DNA from: Eledone cirrhosa
Lineage: Eukaryota
DNA length: 64,000 nucleotides
Assembly (NCBI GenBank): GCA_964016885.1
Contig: OZ024744.1
Location: 20,274,001-20,338,000, forward strand
Reading direction: 5' to 3'
Position 1 is the stretch's first letter, and each line of letters starts with the position of its first letter. The position numbers and the translations under genes were made by a program. Of the stretch, positions 30,061 to 43,900 are shown one piece after another. The notes beneath the pieces are model-generated. The model had not been told where the DNA came from. It saw only the letters and a list, made by a program, of their open reading frames with translations, and searched no databases.

Positions 30061-33000
30061 TTTTAACAACAGTTGAATCCTAAGACAAAACCCGTTTTAA
30101 CAACAGTTGAATCTTAAGATAAACCTCGTTTTAACAGCAGTTGAATCTTAAGAACTGACTCGTTTCATCAACAGTTCAACCTTAAGAACTGACTCGTTTT
30201 AACAACAGTTGAATCTTCAAATAAAACTCGTTTTAACAACAGTTGAATCTTAAGAACTGACTCGTGTTAACAACAGTTGAATGTTAAGATAAAACTCGTT
30301 TTAACAATAGTTGAATCTTAAGAACTGACTCGTTTTAACAACAGTTGAATCTTAAGATAAAACTCGTTTTAACAACAGTTGAATCTTAAGAACTGACTCG
30401 TGTTAACAACAGTTGAATGTTCAAATAAAACTCGTTTTAACAACAGTTGAATCTTCAAATAAAACTCGTTTTAACAACAGTTGAATCTTAAGAACTGACT
30501 CGTTTTAACAACAGTTGAATCTTAAGATAAAATTCGTTTTAACAACAGTTGAATCTTAAGAACTGATTCGTTTTAACAACAGTTCAATCTTAAGAACTGA
30601 CTCGTTTTAACAACAGTTGAATCTTATGAACTGACCCATTTTAACAACAGTTGAATCTTAAGATAACATTCGTTTTAACAACAGTTGAATCTTAAGAACT
30701 GACTCGTTTTAACAGCAGTTGAATCTTAAGATAAAACTCTTTTTAACAACAGTTGAATCTTAAGAACTGACTCGTCTTAACAACAGCTGAATCTTAAGAT
30801 AAAACTCGTTTTAACAACAGTTGAATCTTAAGAACTGACTCGATTTATCAACAGTTCAACCTTAAGGACTGACTCGTTTTAACAACAGTTGAATCTTCAA
30901 ATAAAACTCGTTTTAACAACAGTTGAATCTTAAGAACTGACTCGTTTTAACAACAGTTGAAACTTAAGATAAAACTCGTTTTAACAACAGTTGAATCTTA
31001 TGAACTGACTCATTTTAACGACAGTTGAATCTTAAGATAAAACTCGTTTTAACAACAGTTGAATCTTAAGAACTGACTCGATTTATCAACAGTTCAACCT
31101 TAAGGACTGACTCGTTTTAACAACAGTTCACTCTTCAAATAAAACTCGTTTTATCAACAGTTGAATATTAAGAACTGACTCGTTTTAACAACAGTTCAAC
31201 CTTAAGAACTGACTCGTTTAACAACAGTTGAATCTTCAAATAAAAGTCGTTTTAACAACAGTTGAAACTTAAGAACCGACTCGTTTTAACAACATTTGAA
31301 TCTTAAGATAAAACTCGTTTTAACAACAATTGAATCTTAAGAACTGACTCGTTTTAACAACAGTTGAATGTTAAGATAAAACTCGTTTTAACAATAGTTG
31401 AATCTTAAGAACTGACTCGTTTAACAACAGTTGAATCTTAAGATAAAACTCGTTTTAACAACAGTTGAATCTTAAGAACTGACTCGTTTCATCAACAGTT
31501 CAACCTTAAGAACGGACTCGTTTTAACAACAGTTGAATCTTCAAATAAAACTCGTTTTAACAACAGTTGAATCTTAAGAACTGACTCGTTTTAAGAACAG
31601 TTGAATGTTAAGATAAAACTCGTTTTAACAATAGTTGAATCTTAAGAACTGACTCGTTTTAACAACAGTTGAATCTTAAGATAAAACTCGTTTTAACAAC
31701 AGTTGACTCTTAAGAACTGACTCGTTTTAACAACAGCTGAATCTTAAGATAAAACTCGTTTTAACAACAGTTGAATCTTATGAACTGACTCGTTTTATCA
31801 ACAGTTCAACCTTAAGAACTGACTCGTTTTAACAACACTTTATTCTTCAAATAAAACTCGTTTTAACAACAGTTGAATCTTAAGAACTGACTCGTTTTAA
31901 CAACAGTTGAAACTTAAGATAAAACTCGTTTTAACAACAGTTGAATCTTAAGAACTGACTCGTTTTAACAACAGCTGATACTTAAGATAAAACTCGTTTT
32001 AACAACAGTTGAATCTTAACAACTGACTCGTTTTAACAACAGTTCAACCTTAAGAACTGACTCGTTTTAACAACAGTTGAATCTTCAAATAAAACTCGAT
32101 TTAACAACAGTTGAATCTTAAGAACTGACTCGTTTTAACAACAGTTGAATCTTAAGATAAAACTTGGTTTAACAACAGTTGAATCTTAAGAACTGACTCG
32201 TTTTAACAACAGATGAATGTTCAAATAAAAGTCGTTTTAACAACAGTTGAATCTTAAGAACTGACTCGTTTTAACAGCAGTTGAATGTTAAGATAAAACT
32301 CGTTTTAACAATAGTTGAATCTTAAGAACTGACTCGTTTTAACAACAGTTGAAACTTAAGAACTGACTCGTTTTAACAACAGCTGAATCTTAATATAAAA
32401 CTCGTTTTAACAACAGTTCAAACTTAAGAAATGATTCGTTTTAACAACAGTTGAATCTTATGAACTGACTCATTTTAACAACAGTTGAATCTTAAGATAA
32501 CATTCGTTTTAACAACAGTTGAATCTTAAGAACTGATTCGTTTTAACAGCAGTTGAATCTTAAGATAAAACTCGTTTTAACAACAGTTGAATCTTCAAAT
32601 AAAACTCGTTTTAACAACAGTTGAATCTTAAGAACTGACTCGTTTTAACAACAGTTGAATCTTAAGATAAAATTCGTTTTAACAACAGTTGAATCTTAAG
32701 AACTGATTCGTTTTAACAACAGTTCAAACTTAAGAACTGACTCGTTTTAACAACAGTTGAATCTTATGAACTGACCCATTTCAACAACAGTTGAATCTTA
32801 AGATAACATTCGTTTTAACAACAGTTGAATCTTAAGAACTGACTCGTTTTAACAGCAGTTGAATCTTAAGATAAAACTCTTTTTAACAACAGTTGAATCT
32901 TAAGAACTGACTCGTTTTAACAACATTTGAATCTTAAGATAAAACTCATTTTAACAACAATTGAATCTTAAGAACTGACTCGTTTTAACAACAGTTGAAT

Positions 33001-36000
33001 GTTAAGATAAAACTCGTTTTAACAATAGTTGAATCTTAAGAACTCACTCGTTTTAACAACAGTTGAATCTTAAGATAAAACTCGTTTTAACAACAGTTGA
33101 ATCTTATGAACTGACTCGTTTTATCAACAGTTCAACCTTAAGAACTGATTCGTTTTAACAACACTTGAATCTTCAAATAAAACTCGTTTTAATAACAGTT
33201 GAATCTTAAGAACTGACTCGTTTTAACAACAGCTGAATCTTAAGATAAAACTCGTTTTAACAACAGTTGATTCTTAAGAACTGACTCGTCTTAACAACAG
33301 CTGAATCTTAAGATAAAACTCGTTTTAACAACAGTTGAATCTTAAGAACTGACTCGATTTATCAACAGTTCAACCTTAAGGACTGACTCGCTTTAACAAC
33401 AGTTGAATCTTCAAATAAAACTCGTTTTAACAACAGTTGAATCTTAAGAACTGACTCGTTTTAACAACAGTTCAAACTTAAGAACTGACTCGTTTTAACA
33501 ACAGTTGAATCTTATGAACTGACTCATTTTAACGACAGTTGAATCTTAAGATAACATTCGTTTTAACAACAGTTGAATCTTAAGAACTGACTCGTTTTAA
33601 CAACAGTTGAATCTTAAAGATAACACTCGTTTTAACAACAGTTGAATCTTAAGAACTGACACGTTTCATCAACAATTCAACCTTAAGAACTGACTCGTTT
33701 TAACAACAGTTCAATCTTCAAATAAAACTCGTTTTATCAACAGTTGAATCTTAAGAACTGACTCGTTTTAACAACAGTTCAACCTTAAGAACTGACTCGT
33801 TTGACAACAGTTGAATCTTCAAATAAAAGTCGTTTTAACAACAGTTGAAACTTAAGAACCGACTCGTTTTAACAACATTTGAATCTTAAGATAAAACTCG
33901 TTTTAACAACAATTGAATCTTAAGAACTGACTCGTTTTAACAACAGTTGAATGTTAAGATAAAACTCGTTTTAACAATAGTTGAATCTTAAGAACTGACT
34001 CGTTTAACAACAGTTGAATCTTAAGATAAAACTCGTTTTAACAACAGTTGAATCTTAAGAACTGACTCGTTTCATCAACAGTTCAACCTTAAGAACGGAC
34101 TCGTTTTAACAACAGTTGAATCTTCAAGTAAAACTCGTTTTAACAACAGTTGAATCTTAAGAACTGACTCGTTTTAAGAACAGTTGAATGTTAAGATAAA
34201 ACTCGTTTTAACAATAGTTGAATCTTAAGAACTGACTCGTTTTAACAACAGTTGAATCTTAAGATAAAACTCGTTTTAACAACAGTTGAATCTTAAGAAC
34301 TGACTCGTTTTAACAACAGCTGAATCTTAAGATAAAACTCGTTTTAACAACAGTTGAATCTTATGAACTGACTCGTTTTATCAACAGTTCAACCTTAAGA
34401 ACTGACTCGTTTTAACAACACTTTATTCTTCAAATAAAACTCGTTTTAACAACAGTTGAATCTTAAGAACTGACTCGTTTTAACAACAGTTGAAACTTAA
34501 GATAAAACTCGTTTTAACAACAGTTGAATCTTAAGAACTGACTCGTTTTAACAACAGCTGATACTTAAGATAAAACTCGTTTTAACAACAGTTGAATCTT
34601 AACAACTGACTCGTTTTAACAACAGTTCAACCTTAAGAACTGACTCGTTTTAACAACAGTTGAATCTTCAAATAAAACTCGATTTAACAACAGTTGAATC
34701 TTAAGAACTGACTCGTTTTAACAACAGTTGAATCTTAAGATAAAACTTGTTTTAACAACAGTTGAATCTTAAGAACTGACTCGTTTTAACAACAGATGAA
34801 TGTTCAAATAAAAGTCGTTTTAACAACAGTTGAATCTTAAGAACTGACTCGTTTTAACAGCAGTTGAATGTTAAGATAAAACTCGTTTTAACAATAGTTG
34901 TATCTTAAGAACTGACTCGTTTTAACAACAGTTGAAACTTAAGAACTGACTCGTTTTAACAACAGCTGAATCTTAATATAAAACTCGTTTTAACAACAGT
35001 TCAAACTTAAGAAATGATTCGTTTTAACAACAGTTGAATCTTATGAACTGACTCATTTTAACAACAGTTGAATCTTAAGATAACATTCGTTTTAACAACA
35101 GTTGAATCTTAAGAACTGATTCGTTTTAACAGCAGTTGAATCTTAAGATAAAACTCGTTTTAACAACAGTTGAATCTTAATAACTGACTCGTTTTAACAA
35201 CAGCTGAATCTTAAGATAAAACTCGTTTTAACAACAGTTGAATCTTAAGAACTGACTCGATTTATCAACAGTTCAACCTTAAGGACTGACTCGTTTTAAA
35301 ACAGTTGAATCTTCAAATAAAACTCGTTTTAACAACAGTTGAATCTTAAGAACTGACTCGTTTTAACAACAGTTGAATCTGAAGATAAAATTCGTTTTAA
35401 CAACACTTGAATCTTAAGAACTGACTCGTTTTAACAACAGTTGAATCTTCAAATAAAACTCGATTTAACAACAGTTGAATCTTAAGAACTGACTCGTTTT
35501 AACAACAGTTGAATCTTAAGATAAAACTTGTTTTAACAACAGTTGAATCTTAAGAACTGACTCGTTTTAACGACAGCTGAATCTTAAGATAAAACTCGTT
35601 TTAACAACAGTTGAATCTTAAGAACTGACTCGTTTTATCAACAGTTCAACCTTAAGAACTGACTCGTTTTAACAACAGTTGAATCATCAAATCAAACTCG
35701 TTCTAACAACAGTTGAATCTTAAGGACTGACTCGTTTTAACAACAGTCGAATCTTAAGATAAAACTCGTTTTAACAACAGTTGAATCTTAAGAACTGACT
35801 AATTTTAACAACAGTTGAATCTTAAGATAAAACTCGTTTTAACAACAGTTGAATCTTAAGAACTGACTCGTTTAAACAACAGCTGAATCTTAAGATACAA
35901 CTCGTTTTAACAACAGTTGAATCTTAAGAACTGACTCGTTTTAACAACAGTTCAACCTTAAGAGCTGACTCGTTTAACATCAGTTGAATCTTCAAATAAA

Positions 36001-39000
36001 ACTCGTTTTAACAACAGTTGAAACTTAAGAACTGACTCGTTTTAACAACAGTTGAATGTTAAGATAAAACTCGTTTTAACAATAGTTGAATCTTAAGAAC
36101 TGACTCGTTTTAACAACAGTTGAATCTTAAGATAAAACTCGTTTTAACAACTGTTGAATCTTAAGAACTGACTCGTTTTAACAACAGCTGAATCTTAAGA
36201 TAAAACTCGTTTTAACAACAGTTGAATCTTAAGAACTGACTCGTTTTAACAACAGTTGAATCTTCAAATAAAACTCGTTTTAACAACAGTTGAATCTTAA
36301 GAACTGACTCGTTTTAACAACAGTTGAATGTTAAGATAAAACTCGTTTTAACAATAGTTGAATCTTAAGAACTGACTCGTTTTAACAACAGCTGAATCTT
36401 AATATAAAACTCGTTTTAACAACAGTTCAAACTTAAGAAATGACTCGTTTTAACAACAGTTGAATCTTATGAACTGACTCATTTTAACAACAGTTGAATC
36501 TTAAGATAACATTCGTTTTAACAACAGTTGAATCTTAAGAAGTGATTCGTTTTAACAGCAGTTGAATCTTAAGATAAAACTCGTTTTAACAACAGTTGAA
36601 TCTTAAGAACTGACTCGTTTTAACAACAGCTGAATCTTAAGATAAAACTCGTTTTAACAACATTTGAATCTTAAGAACTGACTCGATTTATCAACAGTTC
36701 GACCTTAAGAAGTGACTCGTTTTAACAACAGTTGAATCTTCAATTAAAACTCGTTTTAACAACAGTTGAATCTTAAGAACTGACTCGTTTTAACAACAGT
36801 TGAATCTGAAGATAAAATTCGTTTTAACAACAGTTGAATCTTAAGAACTGATTCGTTTTAACAACAGTTCAAACTTAAGAACTGACTCGTTTTAACAACA
36901 GTTGAATCTTATGAACTGACTCATTTTAACAACAGTTGAATCTTAAGATAACATTCGTTTTAACAACAGTTGAATCTTAAGAACTGACTCGTTTTAACAA
37001 CAGTTGAATCTTAAAGATAAAACTCGTTTTAACAACAGTTGAATCTTAAGAACTGACTCGGTTCATCAACAATTCAACCTTAAGAACTGACTCGTTTTAA
37101 CAACAGTTCAATCTTCAAATAAAACTCGTTTTAACAACAGTTGAATCTTAAGAACTGACTCGTTTTAACAACAGTTGAATCTTCAATTAAAACTCGTTTT
37201 AACAACAGTTGAATCTTAAGAACTGACTCGTTTTAACAACATTTGAATCTTAAGATAAAACTCATTTTAACAACAATTGAATCTTAAGAACTGACTCGTT
37301 TTAACAACAGTTGAATGTTAAGATAAAACTCGTTTTAACAATAGTTGAATCTTAAGAACTCACTCGTTTTAACAACAGTTGAATCTTAAGATAAAACTCG
37401 TTTTAACAACAGTTGAATCTTATGAACTGACTCGTTTTATCAACAGTTCAACCTTAAGAACTGATTCGTTTTAACAACACTTGAATCTTCAAATAAAACT
37501 CGTTTTAATAACAGTTGAATCTTAAGAACTGACTCGTTTTAACAACAGCTGAATCTTAAGATAAAACTCGTTTTAACAACAGTTGAATCTTAAGAACTGA
37601 CTCGTTTTAACAACAGCTGATACTTAAGATAAAACTCGTTTTAACAACAGTTGAATCTTAACAACTGACTCGTTTTAACAACAGTTCAACCTTAAGAAGT
37701 GACTCGTTTTAACAACAGTTGAATCTTCAAATAAAACTCGATTTAACAACAGTTGAATCTTAAGAACTGACTCGTTTTAACAACAGTTGAATCTTAAGAT
37801 AAAACGTGTTTTAACAACAGTTGAATGTTAAGAACTGACTCGTTTTAACGACAGCTGAATCTTAAGAACTGACTCGTTTTAACAACAGTTGAATCATCAA
37901 ATCAAACTCGTTCTAACAACAGTTGAATCTTAAGAACTGACTCGTTTTAACAACAGTTGAATCTTAAGACAAAACTCGTTTTAACAACAGTTGAATCTTA
38001 AGAACTGACTCGTTTTAACAACAGCTGAATCTTAAGATACAACTCGTTTTAACAACAGTTCAACCTTAAGAGCTGACTCGTTTAACATCAGTTGAATCTT
38101 CAAATAAAACTCGTTTTAACAACAGTTGAAACTTAAGAACTGACTCGTTTTAACAACAGTTGAATCTTAAGATAAAACTCGTTTTAACAACTGTTGAATC
38201 TTAAGAACTGACTCGTTTTAACAACAGCTGAATCTTAAGATAAAACTCGTTTTAACAACAGTTGAATCTTAAGAACTGACTCGTTTTAACAACAGATGAA
38301 TCTTCAAATAAAAGTCGTTTTAACAACAGTTGAATCTTAAGAACTGACTCGTTTTAATAGCAGTTGAATGTTAAGATAAAACTCGTTTTAACAATAGTTG
38401 AATCTTAAGAACTGACTCGTTTTAACAACAGTTGAAACTTAAGAACTGACTCGTTTTAACAACAGCTGAATCTTAATATAAAACTCGTTTTAACAACAGT
38501 TCAAACATAAGAAATGATTCGTTTTAACAACAGTTGAATCTTAAGAACTGATTCGTTTTAACAGCAGTTGAATCTTAAGATAAAACTCGTTTTAACAACA
38601 GTTGAATCTTAATAACTGACTCGTTTTAACAACAGCTGAATCTTAAGATAAAACTCGTTTTAACAACAGTTGAATCTTATGAACTGACTCGTTTTATCAA
38701 CAGTTCAACCTTAAGAACTGACTCGTTTTAACAACACTTTATTCTTCAAATAAAACTCGTTTTAACAACAGTTGAATCTTAAGAACTGACTCGTTTTAAC
38801 AACAGTTGAAACTTAAGATAAAACTCGTTTTAACAACAGTTGAATCTTAAGAACTGACTCGTTTTAACAACAGCTGATACTTAAGATAAAACTCGTTTTA
38901 ACAACAGTTGAATCTTAACAACTGACTCGTTTTAACAACAGTTCAACCTTAAGAACTGACTCGTTTTAACAACAGTTGAATCTTCAAATAAAACTCGATT

Positions 39001-40979
39001 TAACAACAGTTGAATCTTAAGAACTGACTCGTTTTAACAACAGTTGAATCTTAAGATAAAACTTGGTTTAACAACAGTTGAATCTTAAGAACTGACTCGT
39101 TTTAACAACAGATGAATGTTCAAATAAAAGTCGTTTTAACAACAGTTGAATCTTAAGAACTGACTCGTTTTAACAGCAGTTGAATGTTAAGATAAAACTC
39201 GTTTTAACAATAGTTGAATCTTAAGAACTGACTCGTTTTAACAACAGTTGAAACTTAAGAACTGACTCGTTTTAACAACAGCTGAATCTTAATATAAAAC
39301 TCGTTTTAACAACAGTTCAAACTTAAGAAATGATTCGTTTTAACAACAGTTGAATCTTATGAACTGACTCATTTTAACAACAGTTGAATCTTAAGATAAC
39401 ATTCGTTTTAACAACAGTTGAATCTTAAGAACTGATTCGTTTTACCAGCAGTTGAATCTTAAGATAAAACTCGTTTTAACAACAGTTGAATCTTCAAATA
39501 AAACTCGTTTTAACAACAGTTGAATCTTAAGAACTGACTCGTTTTAACAACAGTTGAATCTTAAGATAAAATTCGTTTTAACAACAGTTGAATCTTAAGA
39601 ACTGATTCGTTTTAACAACAGTTCAAACTTAAGAACTGACTCGTTTTAACAGCAGTTGAATCTTAAGATAAAACTCTTTTTAACAACAGTTGAATCTTAA
39701 GAACTGACTCGTCTTAACAACAGCTGAATCTTAAGATAAAACTCGTTTTAACAACAGTTGAATCTTAAGAACTGACTCGATTTATCAACAGTTCAACCTT
39801 AAGGACTGACTCGTTTTAACAACAGTTGAATCTTCAAATAAAACTCATTTTAACAACAGTTGAATCTTAAGAACTGACTCGTTTTAACAACAGTTCAAAC
39901 TTAAGAACTGACTCGTTTTAACAACAGTTGAATCTTATGAACTGACTCATTTTAACGACAGTTGAATCTTAAGATAACATTCGTTTTAACAACAGTTGAA
40001 TCTTAAGAACTGACTCGTTTTAACAACAGTTGAATCTTAAAGATAACACTCGTTTTAACAACAGTTGAATCTTAAGAACTGACACGTTTCATCAACAATT
40101 CAACCTTAAGAACTGACTCGTTTTAACAACAGTTCAATCTTCAAATAAAACTCGTTTTATCAACAGTTGAATCTTAAGAACTGACTCGTTTTAACAACAG
40201 TTCAACCTTAAGAACTGACTCGTTTAACAACAGTTGAATCTTCAAATAAAAGTCGTTTTAACAACAGTTGAAACTTAAGAACCGACTCGTTTTAACAACA
40301 TTTGAATCTTAAGATAAAACTCGTTTTAACAACAATTGAATCTTAAGAACTGACTCGTTTTAACAACAGTTGAATGTTAAGATAAAACTCGTTTTAACAA
40401 TAGTTGAATCTTAAGAACTGACTCGTTTAACAACAGTTGAATCTTAAGATAAAACTCGTTTTAACAACAGTTGAATCTTAAGAACTGACTCGTTTCATCA
40501 ACAGTTCAACCTTAAGAACGGACTCGTTTTAACAACAGTTGAATCTTCAAGTAAAACTCGTTTTAACAACAGTTGAATCTTAAGAACTGACTCGTTTTAA
40601 GAACAGTTGAATGTTAAGATAAAACTCGTTTTAACAATAGTTGAATCTTAAGAACTGACTCGTTTTAACAACAGTTGAATCTTAAGATAAAACTCGTTTT
40701 AACAACAGTTGAATCTTAAGAACTGACTCGTTTTAACAACAGCTGAATCTTAAGATAAAACTCGTTTTAACAACAGTTGAATCTTATGAACTGACTCGTT
40801 TTATCAACAGTTCAACCTTAAGAACTGACTCGTTTTAACAACACTTTATTCTTCAAATAAAACTCGTTTTAACAACAGTTGAATCTTAAGAACTGACTCG
40901 TTTTAACAACAGTTGAAACTTAAGATAAAACTCGTTTTAACAACAGTTGAATCTTAAGAACTGACTCGTTTTAACAACA

Positions 40980-43900
40980 GCTGATACTTAAGATAAAACT
41001 CGTTTTAACAACAGTTGAATCTTAAGAACTGACTCGTTTCATCAACAGTTCAACCTTAAGAACGGACTCGTTTTAACAACAGTTGAATCCTCAAATAAAA
41101 CTCGTTTTAACAACAGTTGAATCTTAAGAACTGACTCGTTTTAAGAACAGTTGAATGTTAAGATAAAACTCGTTTTAACAATAGTTGAATCTTAAGAACT
41201 GACTCGTTTTAACAACAGTTGAATCTTAAGATAAAACTCGTTTTAACAACAGTTGACTCTTAAGAACTGACTCGTTTTAACAACAGCTGAATCTTAAGAT
41301 AAAACTCGTTTTAACAACAGTTGAATCTTATGAACTGACTCGTTTTATCAACAGTTCAACCTTAAGAACTGACTCGTTTTAACAACACTTTATTCTTCAA
41401 ATAAAACTCGTTTTAACAACAGTTGAATCTTAAGAACTGACTCGTTTTAACAACAGTTGAAACTTAAGATAAAACTCGTTTTAACAACAGTTGAATCTTA
41501 AGAACTGACTCGTTTTAACAACAGCTGATACTTAAGATAAAACTCGTTTTAACAACAGTTGAATCTTAACAACTGACTCGTTTTAACAACAGTTCAACCT
41601 TAAGAACTGACTCGTTTTAACAACAGTTGAATCTTCAAATAAAACTCGATTTAACAACAGTTGAATCTTAAGAACTGACTCGTTTTAACAACAGTTGAAT
41701 CTTAAGATAAAACTTGTTTTAACAACAGTTGAATCTTAAGAACTGACTCGTTTTAACAACAGATGAATGTTCAAATAAAAGTCGTTTTAACAACAGTTGA
41801 ATCTTAAGAACTGACTCGTTTTAACAGCAGTTGAATGTTAAGATAAAACTCGTTTTAACAATAGTTGAATCTTAAGAACTGACTCGTTTTAACAACAGTT
41901 GAAACTTAAGAACTGACTCGTTTTAACAACAGCTGAATCTTAATATAAAACTCGTTTTAACAACAGTTGAATCTTAACAACTGACTCGTTTTAACAACAG
42001 TTCAACCTTAAGAACTGACTCGTTTTAACAACAGTTGAATCTTCAAATAAAACTCGATTTAACAACAGTTGAATCTTAAGAACTGACTCGTTTTAACAAC
42101 AGTTGAATCTTAAGATAAAACTTGGTTTAACAACAGTTGAATCTTAAGAACTGACTCGTTTTAACAACAGATGAATGTTCAAATAAAAGTCGTTTTAACA
42201 ACAGTTGAATCTTAAGAACTGACTCGTTTTAACAGCAGTTGAATGTTAAGATAAAACTCGTTTTAACAATAGTTGAATCTTAAGAACTGACTCGTTTTAA
42301 CAACAGTTGAAACTTAAGAACTGACTCGTTTTAACAACAGCTGAATCTTAATATAAAACTCGTTTTAACAACAGTTCAAACTTAAGAAATGATTCGTTTT
42401 AACAACAGTTGAATCTTATGAACTGACTCATTTTAACAACAGTTGAATCTTAAGATAACATTCGTTTTAACAACAGTTGAATCTTAAGAACTGATTCGTT
42501 TTAACAGCAGTTGAATCTTAAGATAAAACTCGTTTTAACAACAGTTGAATCTTCAAATAAAACTCGTTTTAACAACAGTTGAATCTTAAGAACTGACTCG
42601 TTTTAACAACAGTTGAATCTTAAGATAAAATTCGTTTTAACAACAGTTGAATCTTAAGAACTGATTCGTTTTAACAACAGTTCAAACTTAAGAACTGACT
42701 CGTTTTAACAACAGTTGAATCTTATGAACTGACCCATTTTAACAACAGTTGAATCTTAAGATAACATTCGTTTTAACAACAGTTGAATCTTAAGAACTGA
42801 CTCGTTTTAACAGCAGTTGAATCTTAAGATAAAACTCTTTTTAACAACAGTTGAATCTTAAGAACTGACTCGTCTTAACAACAGCTGAATCTTAAGATAA
42901 AACTCGTTTTAACAACAGTTGAATCTTAAGAACTGACTCGATTTATCAACAGTTCAACCTTAAGGACTGACTCGCTTTAACAACAGTTGAATCTTCAAAT
43001 AAAACTCGTTTTAACAACAGTTGAATCTTAAGAACTGACTCGTTTTAACAACAGTTCAAACTTAAGAACTGACTCGTTTTAACAACAGTTGAATCTTATG
43101 AACTGACTCATTTTAACGACAGTTGAATCTTAAGATAACATTCGTTTTAACAACAGTTGAATCTTAAGAACTGACTCGTTTTAACAACAGTTGAATCTTA
43201 AAGATAACACTCGTTTTAACAACAGTTGAATCTTAAGAACTGACACGTTTCATCAACAATTCAACCTTAAGAACTGACTCGTTTTAACAACAGTTCAATC
43301 TTCAAATAAAACTCGTTTTATCAACAGTTGAATCTTAAGAACTGACTCGTTTTAACAACAGTTCAACCTTAAGAACTGACTCGTTTGACAACAGTTGAAT
43401 CTTCAAATAAAAGTCGTTTTAACAACAGTTGAAACTTAAGAACCGACTCGTTTTAACAACATTTGAATCTTAAGATAAAACTCGTTTTAACAACAATTGA
43501 ATCTTAAGAACTGACTCGTTTTAACAACAGTTGAATGTTAAGATAAAACTCGTTTTAACAATAGTTGAATCTTAAGAACTGACTCGTTTAACAACAGTTG
43601 AATCTTAAGATAAAACTCGTTTTAACAACAGTTGAATCTTAAGAACTGACTCGTTTCATCAACAGTTCAACCTTAAGAACTGACTCGTTTTAACAACAGT
43701 TGAATCTTCAAGTAAAACTCGTTTTAACAACAGTTGAATCTTAAGAACTGACTCGTTTTAAGAACAGTTGAATGTTAAGATAAAACTCGTTTTAACAATA
43801 GTTGAATCTTAAGAACTGACTCGTTTTAACAACAGTTGAATCTTAAGATAAAACTCGTTTTAACAACAGTTGAATCTTATGAACTGACTCGTTTTATCAA

